Assembly (NCBI GenBank): GCA_951406725.2
Contig: OX597833.1
Span: 39,246,001-39,310,000, forward strand
Source of the DNA: Octopus vulgaris
Lineage: Eukaryota
Length of the DNA stretch: 64,000 nucleotides
Direction: 5' to 3'
The first letter of the stretch is position 1. Every line of letters starts with the position of its first letter. Both the position numbers and the translations under genes were made by a program. Under the pieces are notes generated by a model. It was not told the origin of the DNA. It did not search any database and saw only the letters and a list, made by a program, of their open reading frames with translations. Positions 12,396 to 25,676 of the stretch are shown piece after piece.

Positions 12396-12689
12396 ACATG
12401 TGTGTATGTGGGTGTATGTATATATAGGTGTAAATATGTGTATATAGGGAACTAGGTGTGTTGTGTGTGCATGAGTGTATGTGCGTATGAATATATATTT
12501 TTCTGTGTATATATGTATGTGTGGTCGTGGGTATATATATACATGTGTGTATGCGTGCATGCATGGGAGTGAGTGTATGCATATATACGTGTGTGTATGT
12601 GTAGACAGGTATATGCATGTGCATGTGTATAAATTTGTATATGTGGGCGGGTGTATGTATGTGTGTATGTAGATGTGTATGTATATGTG

Positions 12690-12740
<51 letters not shown>

Positions 12741-13142
12741 GTGTATATATGTGTGTGTAGATACGTATACATATGTGTATAGGTATAAGTGAGAATCTCC
12801 TTATTTACCTATAACTCTATCCCCCCTTTTTTTTATATATATATATTTTTTTTTTTTTATATATATATTTTTTTTATATATATTTTTTATATTTTTTATT
12901 TTTTTATTTTATTTTTTATTTTTATTTTATTATTTTATTATTTTATTTTATTTTTTTATTTTTTTATTTTTTTATTTTTTTATTTTTTTATTTATCTATT
13001 CTTTCATCTAACTTACCACTGACTCCTTGACCACTCCCCCAAGTATGATATTTTGCGCTATGCCTACCCCCAAAAAAGTCCCCCACCACCACTCCTTTAA
13101 ACCTGCCTAAATGTATAAATGCTAACACAATTCTTGTTAAAT

Positions 13143-13193
13143 AGCTTCCTGAAGATTTCTCTTGAATGAAACAGTACTAGTCCTGTAGAAGCT
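13143..13193 (+). ncRNA. Type I hammerhead ribozyme
   Basis: AGCTTC-CTGAAGA-tTTCtcttGAAt-GAAA-CAG tactagtc CTG-TA-GAAGCT; 6-bp stem I, near-palindromic loop 3; TATAAA at ~13114 and AATAAA at ~13204. Confidence 0.8.
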
Positions 13194-13276
13194 CCTTCTA
13201 TATAATAAATTAATTTTACTCTGCTATGTATTGAGTACCTTACTTACTGTGGTTAACCCCGAATCAACCCGGGACC

Positions 13277-13337
<61 letters not shown>

Positions 13338-14146
13338 TGGTTTCAAATTTTGGCACAAGAAGTAAGTTTGGGAGGTGGGGCAAGGCAATTACATCGACCC
13401 TAGGACTCAAGTAGTATTAATTTTATCAAACTCCGAAAGAATGAAAGGCAAAGTCAACCTTAGTGAAATTTGAATTCAAAATGTAAAGACAGATGAACTG
13501 CTGCTAAGCATTTTTCTTGGCATGCTAATAATACTGACAGCTCACCACCTTAGAAAATAGTCCATATTATAATGCAAAAAGAAGTAACATTTAGTCGCCG
13601 TGTATTTAGAAAAAGTGCATATTAAATTGAATAAATATGTTACGTTATCAATGTTTTTCCCACTTGGTCACTTCGTTCAATGTAGCTTATACTGGATGAT
13701 TTACTTTCAAAAACCTTCAGCAACTGGTACTTATTTTGTTGACCCTAAGAGAATAAGAAGCAAAGTTGACCTTGATGGAATTTGAACTCAGAATGTAAAG
13801 ACCGACAAAACACCACTAAACATTTTGCCTGACTTGCTAACAGTTCAACCAGCTTGTTGCCTTATTCCATATATATTATCATTAGGTTCACTCCTCATGT
13901 TCCTGAAGATGATCAGGTTATCGGCTTTATACTTTGTGGGTCCTGAGTGGTTTAGCAACCAAATTTGGGCATGAAATCTGCAGGTACATAGCAGTGGAGT
14001 CAGGATGCAATGACACTCTTGCTTTCCAAGCAGCTCTCCTCATTTTAGTGTCTCTGATCATCATCATCATCATCATCATCATCACCACCACCACCACCAC
14101 CACCACCACCACCACCACCACCACCACCACCACCACCACCACCATC

Positions 14147-14159
<13 letters not shown>

Positions 14160-14180
<21 letters not shown>

Positions 14181-14810
14181 TCATTTAGCGTCTGCTTTCC
14201 ATGGTTTGAAACTGGTAAGCTGGAGAGCTGCATCAGGTTCCAACCTGATTTGGCATGGTTTCTACAGCTTGATGCCCTTCCTAATGCCAACCACTTCAGG
14301 AGTGTAATGGGTGCTTTTTACGTGCCACCAACATGGGTGCCAGTTATGTGACACCAGCACCAGCCACAACTATGATTTCACTTGGCTTGATGAGTTTTCT
14401 CCAGCACACCATATCACCAAAGGTCTCGATCACTTATTGCCTCCGTGAGACCCAACATTCGAAGTGTGTTTTTTACATACCACTGGCACAGGTGCCACTA
14501 TAATAGATGCCTGTTACATGTGACTGGCATTGGCCACGACTATGGTTTCACTTGGCTTGACAGGTCTCCTCAAGCATGGCATATCACCAAAGGTCTCGGT
14601 CACTTATTGCCTCCATGAAGCCCAATGTTTAAAGGGTGCTTATTGTGTGCCACTGGCACAGGTGCCTATTACGTGATACCAGCATTGGCTAAGACTATAG
14701 TTTTACTTGATCTGTTGAGTCTTCTCAACTACAGCATATCGCCAAAGGTCTAGGTCACTTATCATTACCTCCATGAGGCCCAACATTCAAAGATCATGCT
14801 TCCCCACCTT
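14160..14810 (-). mobile_element. Family D element with three internal ~160-bp degenerate repeats
   Basis: (CAT)n start; ATATC(A/G)CCAAAGGTCT unit at ~14411, 14581, 14737. Confidence 0.65.
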
Positions 14811-14819
14811 GTCAAATCA

Positions 14820-15125
14820 TATTCGATTCAATGTGCTGTACACAGAGTATACAGCACTATGTATCAGGGAGTGATCCTAAGAAAGATGTCCTTAAATAGA
14901 CTGTTCCCAGCTACAGTTTTTCAAGGTTGTCTTGAGCATGTCTTTGTAACTTAACCTTTCTTTGATCCACCACATGATCAAAAGCCAACTGTTAATTCAC
15001 CAATGAAAATCTGCTGGGGAAGTCCAGAGTTGGATGTGCTACTCCACTGCAGCTGGAATTTACAGAGTAAATTGTACACACTTGACATATTTGCTCACTC
15101 AAGCTCAGTTGTATGGAGAATTTTA
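14820..15125 (-). pseudogene. Degenerate RTE-type LINE C-terminal fragment
   Basis: Minus-strand remnant resembles the RTE motif RSxGGQKKRYKDxLK. Confidence 0.45.
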
Positions 15126-15299
15126 TCCTTACCAACCACGTGGTTCTGAGTTCAGTCCTACTGTGTGGCACCTTGGGCAAGTGTCTTCTTCTATAGCCTC
15201 GGGCTGACCAAAGACTTGTTTAGTGGATTTGGTTGATGGAAACTGAAAAAAGCTTGTCGTATATATATATATGTATGTATGTATCTATATATTTTCCTC

Positions 15300-16093
15300 C
15301 CTTGGACACAAAGACCGGTTGAGGCAAGCGAAGTCGATATAGAACCTCATCCGACGACAGACACCCATGCCAACCCCCCATGCTTGCGAAGACATGTTGG
15401 GGCAAGCGAAATCGAAATCGAAACCGAATTGAACCAGCCAGGATCCCTGGCCTGGTGGTACGTAAAAAGCACTATCCGACTCGTGGCCGTGGCACGTAAA
15501 ATACTCCAATGCGACCGTACGACAGGCACCCATGCCAACCCCTTTGCTTGTGAAGACATGTTGGGGCAAGCGAAATCGAAATCGAATTGAACCAGCCAGG
15601 ATCCCTGGTCTGGTGGTACGTAAAAAGCACTATCCGACTCGTGGCCGTGGCACGTAAAATACTCCAATGCGACCGTACGACAGGCACCCTTGCCAACCCC
15701 CTTTGCTTGTGAAGACATGTTGGGGCAAGCGAAATCGAAATCGAATTGAACCAGCCAGGATCCCTGGTCTGGTGGTACGTAAAAAGCACTATCCGACTTG
15801 TGGCCGATGCCAGCACCGCCTCGACTGGCTTCCGTGCCGGTGGCACATAAAATACACCAATCTGACCGTGGCCGTTGCCAGCCCCGCCTGGCACCTGTGC
15901 AGGTGGCACGTAAAAAGCACCCACTACACTCACGGAGTGGTTGGCGTTAGGAAGGGCATCCAGCTGTAGAAACATTGCCAGATTAGACTGGAGCCTGGTG
16001 CAGCCTTCTGGCTTCCCAGAACCCCGGTCGAACCGTCCAACCCATGCTAGCATGGAGAACGGACGTTAAACGACGATGATGATGATGATGATG
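15300..16093 (+). mobile_element. Family D element with ~2.8 near-identical 158-165-bp internal tandem units
   Basis: Units start at 15356, 15521 and 15679; (GAT)n tail; CpG-rich, suggesting a young copy. Confidence 0.8.
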
Positions 16094-16157
16094 CATATAT
16101 TTGTATGTCTGGGTTTGTAACCCCCAAATCTATCTATCTATCTATAGATAGATAGAC

Positions 16158-16204
<47 letters not shown>

Positions 16205-17173
16205 AAGCTCTCCATTATTGGCACTAGCCACTACTATCACTGCTAACATTAGCATAAGCATCATCATCACCACTAATATAGCAAACATGATCACTACTGC
16301 CAATTTGCAAATAAATCTGTTTCTCAAGCACCATGTCCTGCTGTCTAGTTATCACTCACCACACCATTCCGAACTTCACCACCACCACCACCACCACCAC
16401 CACCACCACCGCTACCACCACCACTGCCGCCACCACCTCTGCCACCGCCGCTGCCGCCACCACCGCTACTACTACTACTGTCTTTAACACTTCCATCACC
16501 TCCAGCCTCCAGAACCACCACCACCACCACCACCACCACCACCACCACCACCACCACCACTGCCACCCTCACCGCCGCCACTACCACCAACACTGCCACC
16601 ACTGCCACTACGGCTGCCACCACCTTTGCGTTCCTTCTCTGTCTGTTATGTCCAGTGAGTCATGGAATATAATTACAGCAGAGAGAGATTTTTCTTGTTA
16701 GCAATTTTAAATAACTGCTTTGTAAATGTAATTGAATAAGTGAGCAGGGGTGAGGAGTTGGGGGAGGGCATCCTGTTGTTGATATTGGATGCACCCCCCA
16801 CTCACACGCACAAACACACACACACCTCCCCACCACATGCAAACTGTAAATAGATGCCAACTGGATGGACAGTGGTCTATCAATCTATATAATAATAGTC
16901 TAAAAGAATGGATGGGGAAGGAGGGGGGAAATACCCTGAGATGTCTTCTGCCTGAGAAAGGAACAGTAAAGTTGAGTTTTAGCATTCTTGATGCAGTCAC
17001 TTAAATTTTAGATGATTAGTGAAATGAGTAAATTTAGACAAAAATAAAAGACAAACAATTAAAAAGTAAGGGAGGCAACCTTGAAATTTTGATTAATTAA
17101 AGTTAGTAATTAATTAAATTAATTAAACATGGAAGAGGTGGAGTGTGAATCTGAACTTTGATAGTAGGATGAC

Positions 17174-17560
17174 AACTGTGAACATGTTTCAGTCATATTT
17201 AGCCTCATTAGCGAAGCTCAATCTAAATGTTTCTACAGGGTTTACATGTCTGATGAAGTCTGTATACTATATTTAACAATCAACACTGAGAATTGTTTTA
17301 GCTTATAAGAATGACTAGATAAAAAATATGCAGCAATAAGTTACTGTTTTAATCATGCTAGTGTCCAGTTTTACTACAAAGTTTTCATGCAACAAGCATC
17401 TCTGAATATGTTCCTGCAATCATTGTTATATGTTATAAAACTAATTTTTATTCATTTACAAAATTCTTATCTAGAGTTTTCAAACCATGTAATATCTGTA
17501 ATAACAATTAGATTATAGTTGACTGATGAGGTTTAATAAGGTTGAAATATGTCTACAATT
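17174..17560. mobile_element. Old inverted repeat with a degenerate HHR in each arm
   Basis: Minus 17174-17211 CTAATGA ggctaaatatgact GAAAC at GTT cacagtt matches plus 17523-17560 CTGATGA ggtttaataaggtt GAAAT at GTC tacaatt; homology continues inward about 50 bp. Confidence 0.55.
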
Positions 17561-17589
17561 GTGATTGTGCTGCTAAAGATCAGATTTTT

Positions 17590-18200
17590 GTACTCCACTG
17601 TTCCCATACTTATCTATCTATCAAGTTTGGCAGGTTGTTCAAACCAAAGCCACTCATTCCCTCCAAATGTTTCTCTCTTCCATGATAGTTTTCTGGTTTT
17701 CTTTTTGTAAATCAACATTGATCTCTGTACAACATTCCAAACTGTCTGAGCTGAGAATTCCCATGACTTTGTAATCCACAAAAGGATTGGTTTGAACAAC
17801 CTGCCCAACTTGATAGATAGATAAGTATTCATCTTTGCTTTAATAGCAGATACCAGCATATCTTCTGCTCTGATTTTGTCTTGAATGATTGAACATATGT
17901 TGGGGGATACAGTTCCTTAAGCCTCTTCTCTCACTGAATGTTGTTCCCACGATTTGCAGAGGACTGTATGCAGCATTATATGTGTAAGCCACGTCAGGCT
18001 TACCTTCTATCTTTTTTATCAGAGTCCATGATGAAGAACCATTAAAGAAGAACTAATCCCAATATGGCTCTAAAGAAATTCCTTTTCATCCAGTCAGGCA
18101 GTGTAGACTTTATTTGTCCAGTTCACTCCATGCTATGCTAAGCAGATTGATACATATTTTTCAGTGGATGATATATCACTTCTGACATAAGTGAAATGCT
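17590..18200 (-). pseudogene. Degenerate RTE-X-like LINE fragment
   Basis: Minus translation with frameshifts: KSTLPDWMKRNFFRAILGLVLL..GSSSWTLIKKIEGK..AYT..ML...SW..H, typical of the post-RT region. Confidence 0.6.
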
Positions 18201-18929
18201 TAACTTTCTTCAGAGGTATACCACTCAGTTAGTTGATCTGATCATGCTCAGTTAGTTGATCTGATCAGAGGTATACCACTCAGTTAGTTGATCTGATCAG
18301 TGTTTCGAAGTTTGGAGGATCGAATTTCTATATTTAATTAATTTCTATTAATAGAGTTGTCTCCCTTGCTGTTTCAGACCAGAATTAGCAGATAATAATT
18401 CTCATTACTATAGGTGCAACATTAGCTTCAAATTTTGGCACAAGGCCAGCACTTTTGGGGAAGGGTAGGTAAGTTGGTTTCATCAACCCAAGTGTTCAAC
18501 TGGTACTTATTTTATCAACCCCGAGAAGATGAAAGGCAAAGTTGATCTCAGTGGAATTTGAACTCAAAATGTAAAGATGGACGAAACGTTACTAAGCATT
18601 TTGCCTGGCATGCTTATGATTCTGCCATTTCACCAACTTACTATGGGTGCAATACTGGTAAATTAAAATTTATTTAACCACATTAAGTATACTAATACTT
18701 ACTACAACCTATCACCACAACTACTATGAACCTTTCCAAGGTCACTCAACCTGCTAGAGATAGCTACCAAATCTCACTCCAATCAAAGCAACACAAAACA
18801 TCTACCATATTAAACAAGGTAGGGCATAAAGGATAATGTAGACTAGATGACCCTAAAAAGATGGGATGGTCACAGTTGGAATATTAGTGATCATAGGCTT
18901 TCCCAATTGAGGTTAGCCTGTAGCTTAAC

Positions 18930-19540
18930 AACAACAACAACCACAACACCAGCAGTACTACCACCACCACAGCTGCTGCCACCACTGCAGCTGCTGCCAC
19001 CACCACTGCTGCTGCCACCACTACCGCTACTGCCACCACCACCACTGCTGCTGCCGCCACCACCGCTGCTGCCACTACTGCCCCCGCTGCCACCACCACT
19101 ACTGCCACCACTACTACCCCTGCTGTTGCCACCACCGCTGCCGCCACCACCACCGCTGCTGCCACCACCACTGATGCTGCCACCACTACCACTACTGCAA
19201 CCACCACAGCTACCGCCACCACCACTGCTGCCGCCACCACCACTGCTGCCTCCATCACCACTGCCGCCACCACTATGACTGCTGCCGCCACTACGACTGC
19301 TGCCGCCACCACGACTGCTGCTGCCACCACCACCACCACTGTTGTCACCACCACCACCACTGCTGCCACCACCACCACTGTTGCCACCACCACCACCACT
19401 GCCGCCACCACCACCGCTGCTGCCACCACCACCGCTGCTGCCACCACCACCGCTGCTGCCACCACCACCACTGCTGCCGCTACCACCACTGCTACCACCA
19501 CCACCACTACTGCCACCACCACTGCCACCACCACCACAAC
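18930..19540. repeat. (CCA/CTG)n compound microsatellite
   Basis: Direct reading. Confidence 0.95.
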
Positions 19541-19729
19541 ATTTTGTATGTTCTTTAAATCTTGGTTCTAAATGACATTAAAACTGACTGTCGTTGGCTT
19601 AATTGCTGTTCATTATATCTTGTCTCTGACAGAACACAACATTAAACATGACAGAACAAGCCAAACTTTTCAGCATTCTTCGCCCAGAAATATGATCATA
19701 TTTTTTATATTAATAATTATGTATTTTGT

Positions 19730-20053
19730 TACTGTTATATATATTTTACTAGTAACCTGATACATTTTTTTTTACTAATAACTAAATATATCATGTATTT
19801 TCTACTGAATTCTGATGTACAATATATTTTAATAATAACCAGATATGCCATGTGCTTTACTGATAACCCGATATGTTATGTATTTTATTGAGCACGTTAT
19901 ATACCAAGTGTTTTATTGAGAAATTGATATACCAAATGTTTCACTGTAAATATGATATCCTGTGGGTTTGACTGATAACATGATAAACCATATGCTTTAC
20001 TGATAACATGATAAATGCACATATATATTCACATACATACACAGACACACAAG

Positions 20054-20088
<35 letters not shown>

Positions 20089-20400
20089 TCACATATATAT
20101 ATATACATGCATGTATATGTGTATATACGTGTGTGCATGTGTGTATGTATATATTATTGATAATTTGGTTTACCAAATGTTTTACTAACAACCAAATTCA
20201 CTGTTAGGTTCTCTGATCTGATAACTTGTACCACCCTACTGATAACTCGATATCCCATACATTTTTGTGCTAACAGGATATAGCGTGTATTTTACTGATA
20301 ACCTGATATACTAGTTTTACTAATTACTCAGTGTACGATATATTTTACTGGAAGTATGATCTACCAAATGTGTCAGTGATAATTTGATATATATTACATC
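19730..20400. repeat. Degenerate ~30-bp minisatellite
   Basis: Recurrent TTACTGATAACxxGATAT motif. Confidence 0.65.
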
Positions 20401-20815
20401 TCATAGATATCTCTATATGTTGTGTGTTTCATCAGTGACTCTATATACAGTGTGAAAATGCTCATTATACCTTTGTTGTTCATTACACTGAGTTATTTAT
20501 ATCTAATATTACAAGACAGAGGATATTGCTAACACACTGCTAAAAGCATTTCTATAGTCTATCTAGACAATAGCCATTGAAATTATGCTAATGTAGGCAT
20601 TGGCATGGCTGTGTGGTAAGAAGTTTGCTTCCCAACATTGTGGTTGCAGGCTCAGTTTTACTGCATGACACCTTGGGCAAGTGCTGACCAAAGGTTTGAA
20701 AGTGGATTTGATTGATGGAAACTGAAAGAAGCCTGTCATATATATATACATATATATATATATTTTTTTTTTTCTTGTTTCAGCTCAGAGCTGCGGCCAT
20801 GCTGATGCACCACTG

Positions 20816-20850
<35 letters not shown>

Positions 20851-20853
<3 letters not shown>

Positions 20854-21110
20854 TTTAGGGAATAAATCCAAATTTACAGGGAAATATCAGATTTAGGATT
20901 GAATCCAATTTTATAGTAAAATATTATATAATATTAATTAGAGACAAAACCACTATTTTGCAAATCAAACAAGGAAAGACTTAATCAATACATAAAAAAA
21001 TTTTTTAATATAAAGTAAATAAATCGCCACTACAATTGTTTCCTGTCTTCAAATGACATTCATCAGGTGGATTTCGTATCTTCTATTCAATTTTAAAGTT
21101 ATAATTTATA
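20851..21110 (-). mobile_element. HHR-bearing element abutting (TA)n
   Basis: 20851-21000 matches 38550-38700; HHR at 21027-21070. Confidence 0.65.
21027..21070 (-). ncRNA. Minimal type I hammerhead ribozyme, intact core
   Basis: Minus strand: CCAC-CTGATGA-aTGTC atttgaa GACAg-GAAA-C aatt G-TA-GTGG; stem III region ACAATTGT is a perfect palindrome. Confidence 0.8.
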
Positions 21111-21552
21111 ATTATGTCGTTTCCCTTGATATAGCAACTATCAAGGGGGAGATATTCATTTCTTCATAATACAAAGTGGGATTAGAAATCAAAGAGCTAG
21201 AAGTGGCACAGAATTCTCATGTTTGAATAATCCAGAATTATATGTGTAGTGCATCATTAGTTAATTCTCATTATCAGTATGTTGCACTTTTATACAAACT
21301 AGTTGGATCACTTTAACTGTTTGACTTTGTATAAATTATAAATAGCATTTATTCTATGAACAGAAGATGGGTATTCTTTCTCTGATGAAGATATAAGAAG
21401 ATTAGAAACTAAAACAAGTGAGCTCAATCCTACTTTTCCAGCAAATAGAAAGAATAAAATCTGTAATGCAACTACTTTCATTTTTTACAATCCACATCAG
21501 AGCTAAAGTTATTTATTCCTAAAAGATAGCTAAACATTATGTCACATTTTGG

Positions 21553-22152
21553 ACTAGAAAAGCACTCAGAGAGCACAGACCTCCACCAAGCAGATTATAT
21601 TTCCACCCATATACATGCATACTGAAAATCGCCCAATTTCCAAACCAATGCCGGCAAAAACTTCCTTGGTGGGGGTAAAAAAAAATTAACACAGCCACAT
21701 GATATTAAAAAAAACCCTTTAAAAACAGGAATCATCTCAATAGTCAAGCCTTGTCATGTCATCCTCCATAGACCTCCACCAAGCAGCTCATTTTAAGATA
21801 GATTCGCAAGTAAAGTTACTAATAGAGAAATGAAAATAAACTTTAGAAGCATCAATGCAACTGTAGGTTACGTAGAAACGGTGAATGTGTTTTCAAGGGA
21901 GATAATCAAAGAATGTAACATTGTAATACTTCATGTAAAGTAAATATAACAGATGAAAAAGCCTTCAAGAATTCCTAAAAATTCTCAAATCACTACCACA
22001 ATTTCATCATCTGTTCCTTGTGTCATTACCAACTTTTTCTGCAAGTTTGATCAAATACCGTTCACAACTTTTTTAGTTATTTTGCACACAGATGGACAGA
22101 CGACCAAACCAACACCAATGAAAACATAACCTCGTACCTTGGCAGAGGTAAT
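21553..22152 (-). mobile_element. Non-autonomous Helentron (HINE/DINE-1-like) element
   Basis: Reverse complement of 30967-31355; subterminal IR ACCTC(C/T)GCCAA, 3' hairpin and TTTTCTAG end; ~180 bp of extra sequence bounded by a duplicated AGACCTCCACCAAGCAG. Confidence 0.7.
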
Positions 22153-22844
22153 TATATAGCTCATCATCATAAATAAAATCATTTTGTATTCATTGCTTGC
22201 ATAGGTTGAACCAGTCATCTTCAGCACAGCATCTCCCTATTACTACAGTCCTTTGTTATTTCCTTTGTGAGGTCCAGCGTCCCAAGACTACCTTCCTTTT
22301 CATGTTTTCCTCATTCTTCCTCACTTGAATTGCTTGGCACTTCTTTACCCATCTACCATTCTCTAAATGCATCACATGTCTATACTAGTGTAGTCATCTC
22401 TCCTGCATGGAATACCTTGTTTCATCAGTTTCTCTCTCAGTCCATTTCTACCCTGTTCTTCATTACACATCCAGTAGAACATGTTTAAATCATTTCTTTC
22501 CAGACTTCACACATCCTCTGCTTTCATTTCCTTTATTTTGCTACAATGCAATATCACGTTTAATACACAAGCTTTGTACAATCTGCCTTTCACTTAGAGA
22601 CTAAATCTCTTTGTTGCCAGTGGAACTAATAACTGCGAATTGCTTCAGTTTGTTCCTATTCTAGTATCATTCATTTGAAACATTCACCTCAAATTCAGTA
22701 AGTTATCTACACAAACAGGAGCTATCAATAATTTATAGGGATTTGGAACAGTCTATTTCATCAGTGATTTTACTGCTAACTACTCCTGCACTGGAATCCC
22801 ATTGAATCAACCCTGTGGTCCTTCTAATGGGATTCATTCAATCA

Positions 22845-22938
22845 AATTCTAGTGTAGCTGGGATCAACTGGTTCCATGGTATCAAGAATAAACCAGCCTG
22901 CAGATTCGTGCAGTTTGACATAGTTGACTTTTATTCTT
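22845..22938 (+). pseudogene. Penelope-like RT fragment
   Basis: INWFHGIKNKPACRFVQFDIVDFY = PLE RT motif A region. Confidence 0.7.
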
Positions 22939-22969
22939 GTGTGCATGTATATATTCTTGTATGTATATA

Positions 22970-23355
22970 CTCTTTTACTTGTTTCAGTCATTTGACTGTG
23001 GCCATGCTGGAGCACCACCTTTAGTCAAGAAAATCGGTTTCAGGACTTATTCTTTGTAAGCCTAGTCCTTATTCTATCGGTCTCTTGTGCCGAACCGCTA
23101 AGTTACATGGACGTAAACATACCACCATCGGTTGTCAAGCGATGTTGAAGGACAAACACAGGCACACAAACATATACACACACATACATATATACATATA
23201 TACGACGGGCTTCTTTCAGTTTCTGCCTACCAAATCCACTCACAAGGCTTTGGTCAGCCTGAAGCTATAGTAGAAGACACTTGCCCATGGTGCCATGCAG
23301 TGGGAATGAATCCAGAACCATGTGGTTGGTAAGCAAGCTACTTACCACACAGCCA
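22970..23355 (-). mobile_element. SINE family A
   Basis: Reverse complement of 6009-6400. Confidence 0.85.
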
Positions 23356-24020
23356 ATATATATGGTGGCTGTCTACTCCTTATGCAGAGTCTGACAACAC
23401 CTTAGATCCATCATGGCATCTGATGTGGCTTTTTAAACCAGACAATGTTTTGAAAAGACACCCACATAGATTGCATATCTGATATGGACCACCAGGAGCT
23501 ACAGTTAAGGTCTGATCTTTGTGGATCTTAAAATGTCTTTTGAGGCCTCCGTTAGATTGGCAGACCTTATGGTATACACGACTTCAGAAGGTGTGCACAG
23601 ATATATAGGCAAAATAGTTGGTATAGGTTTGTTTTTCATGGGTCCGCAAATGAGATTTGAATCCTTTTCACTCTCATTTGAATGTATTTGTACTTTCCTT
23701 TTGCTCTTTGTTTATCCATCTGGCACAACCAGAAGAGTAGTGCTATAGAATTTAAAGTCTTTCAATTTTCAATATGCTGAAACTATGCTACAACCTAGTA
23801 TCTATGGCTGATGAGAGGATTTCCATGTTTATTTGTCCTTCGTTCTTTTCTGTTAACAACTATTGTGTTGGATTTTGATTTTTCACACACACACACACAC
23901 ACGCTCACACAAACACACATACACACATGCCTGTGTGTGTATATATGTGTGTATGTATGAATGCATGCATGTAATTATATACATGTATTATTATGTATGT
24001 ATTGTCTATGTATCATGTAA

Positions 24021-24053
<33 letters not shown>

Positions 24054-24170
24054 TAGATAGATCGATAGATAGATATATATGTATATATATGTATATATAT
24101 GTATATATATGTATATATATATGTATATATATATATGTATGTATATATATATATATGTATATATACATTT

Positions 24171-24233
24171 AAATATTTGTTGTGCAAGATTTTTTATGTG
24201 AAGTCGTGTGTTGAAACAGATATTGTTATATTT
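24171..24233 (+). ncRNA. Highly degenerate hammerhead-like relic
   Basis: AAATAT-ttgttgt-GCAAGATTT...AAGTCGTGT..GAAA-CA gatat TG-TT-ATATTT between (TA)n tracts; stems present but the CUGANGA box has three changes. Confidence 0.3.
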
Positions 24234-24482
24234 CGGAATGTATATGTATATATATGTGTGTATATATATATATATGTATGTGTGCATGTATGTATATATA
24301 TATATATCTATATATATATATAACTATATATTGATAGATAGACATATAGATAAAGAAGGAGAAAGAGAGGAGAAGATGGAGAGTGACAATTATGAAGGGG
24401 GGACGTACAGATGGATACACAGATATCAAGGTTTACCTAAACAGAAAAATAGAAAGATAAATACAGACAACAGACAGATGAC

Positions 24483-24553
<71 letters not shown>

Positions 24554-24719
24554 GGGAGGAAGAGTGTGGGAGAGAAAGAGACAGCCAGCGTAAGGACACA
24601 AGGACGAAGAGAGGGGAGGGGTATTGTCATAGAAAACTTATTTTATATTTGTGACTCATTTTTGCAGGAATTCATCTCCCTGAACCTTTTACACTCTCCT
24701 ACCTTTCACCTCCTCAACA

Positions 24720-25207
24720 TACATACATGCATACATGCATACACGTATGCCTACATTCATACATGCATACATACATTCTTTTATACACGCATACATTCAT
24801 ACATATATTCATTCATACATACATGCATATGTACATATATACATACATACATACATACATACATACATACATACATACATACATACATACATTCAAACAC
24901 ATGTACATACATGCATACATAGACATACACACACTCATACATATTTACATACCTACCTACATACATACATGCAAGCATACGCACATGCATATAAACATAC
25001 ATGCATACATGCATGCATACACATACATGCATACATATGCATACACACACCTACATACGTACCTACCTACATACATACATACATGCTTGCATGCATACAT
25101 ACATACATACATACATACATACATGCATACATACATACAGGCATACATACATACAGGCATATATACAGGCATACATACAGGCATACATACATACATACTT
25201 GCATGCA

Positions 25208-25239
<32 letters not shown>

Positions 25240-25245
25240 CATACA

Positions 25246-25279
<34 letters not shown>

Positions 25280-25565
25280 CATAGATACATACATAGATAC
25301 ATACATACATATATATACATACATAGATACATGCATACATACAGGCATACATACATACATACATACATGAATACATACATACAGGCATACATACATACAT
25401 TCATACATACATATATAAACATATACATACATACATAAATACATACATACATACATACTTACATGCATGCATACATACATACATACATACATACATACAT
25501 ACATACATACATACATACATACATACATACATACATACATACATACATACATACATACATACATA
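24720..25565. repeat. (CATA)n tetranucleotide array
   Basis: Direct reading. Confidence 0.95.
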
Positions 25566-25622
25566 CTCCTGAAATCCAAAAGATGATGCATAAATAAACA
25601 ATAAAACAAATGAAAGAAAGAC

Positions 25623-25676
<54 letters not shown>

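Noticed and set aside
15356-15806. CRISPR-like array
   Set aside because: Whole units repeat with no unique spacers; eukaryotic context; no cas genes
15900-15975. Twister ribozyme upstream of GGAAGGGCATCC
   Set aside because: The conserved twister core and pseudoknot pairings could not be identified
21378-21420. CTGATGA...GAAAC hammerhead candidate
   Set aside because: No stem II pairing and no stem III/UH closure
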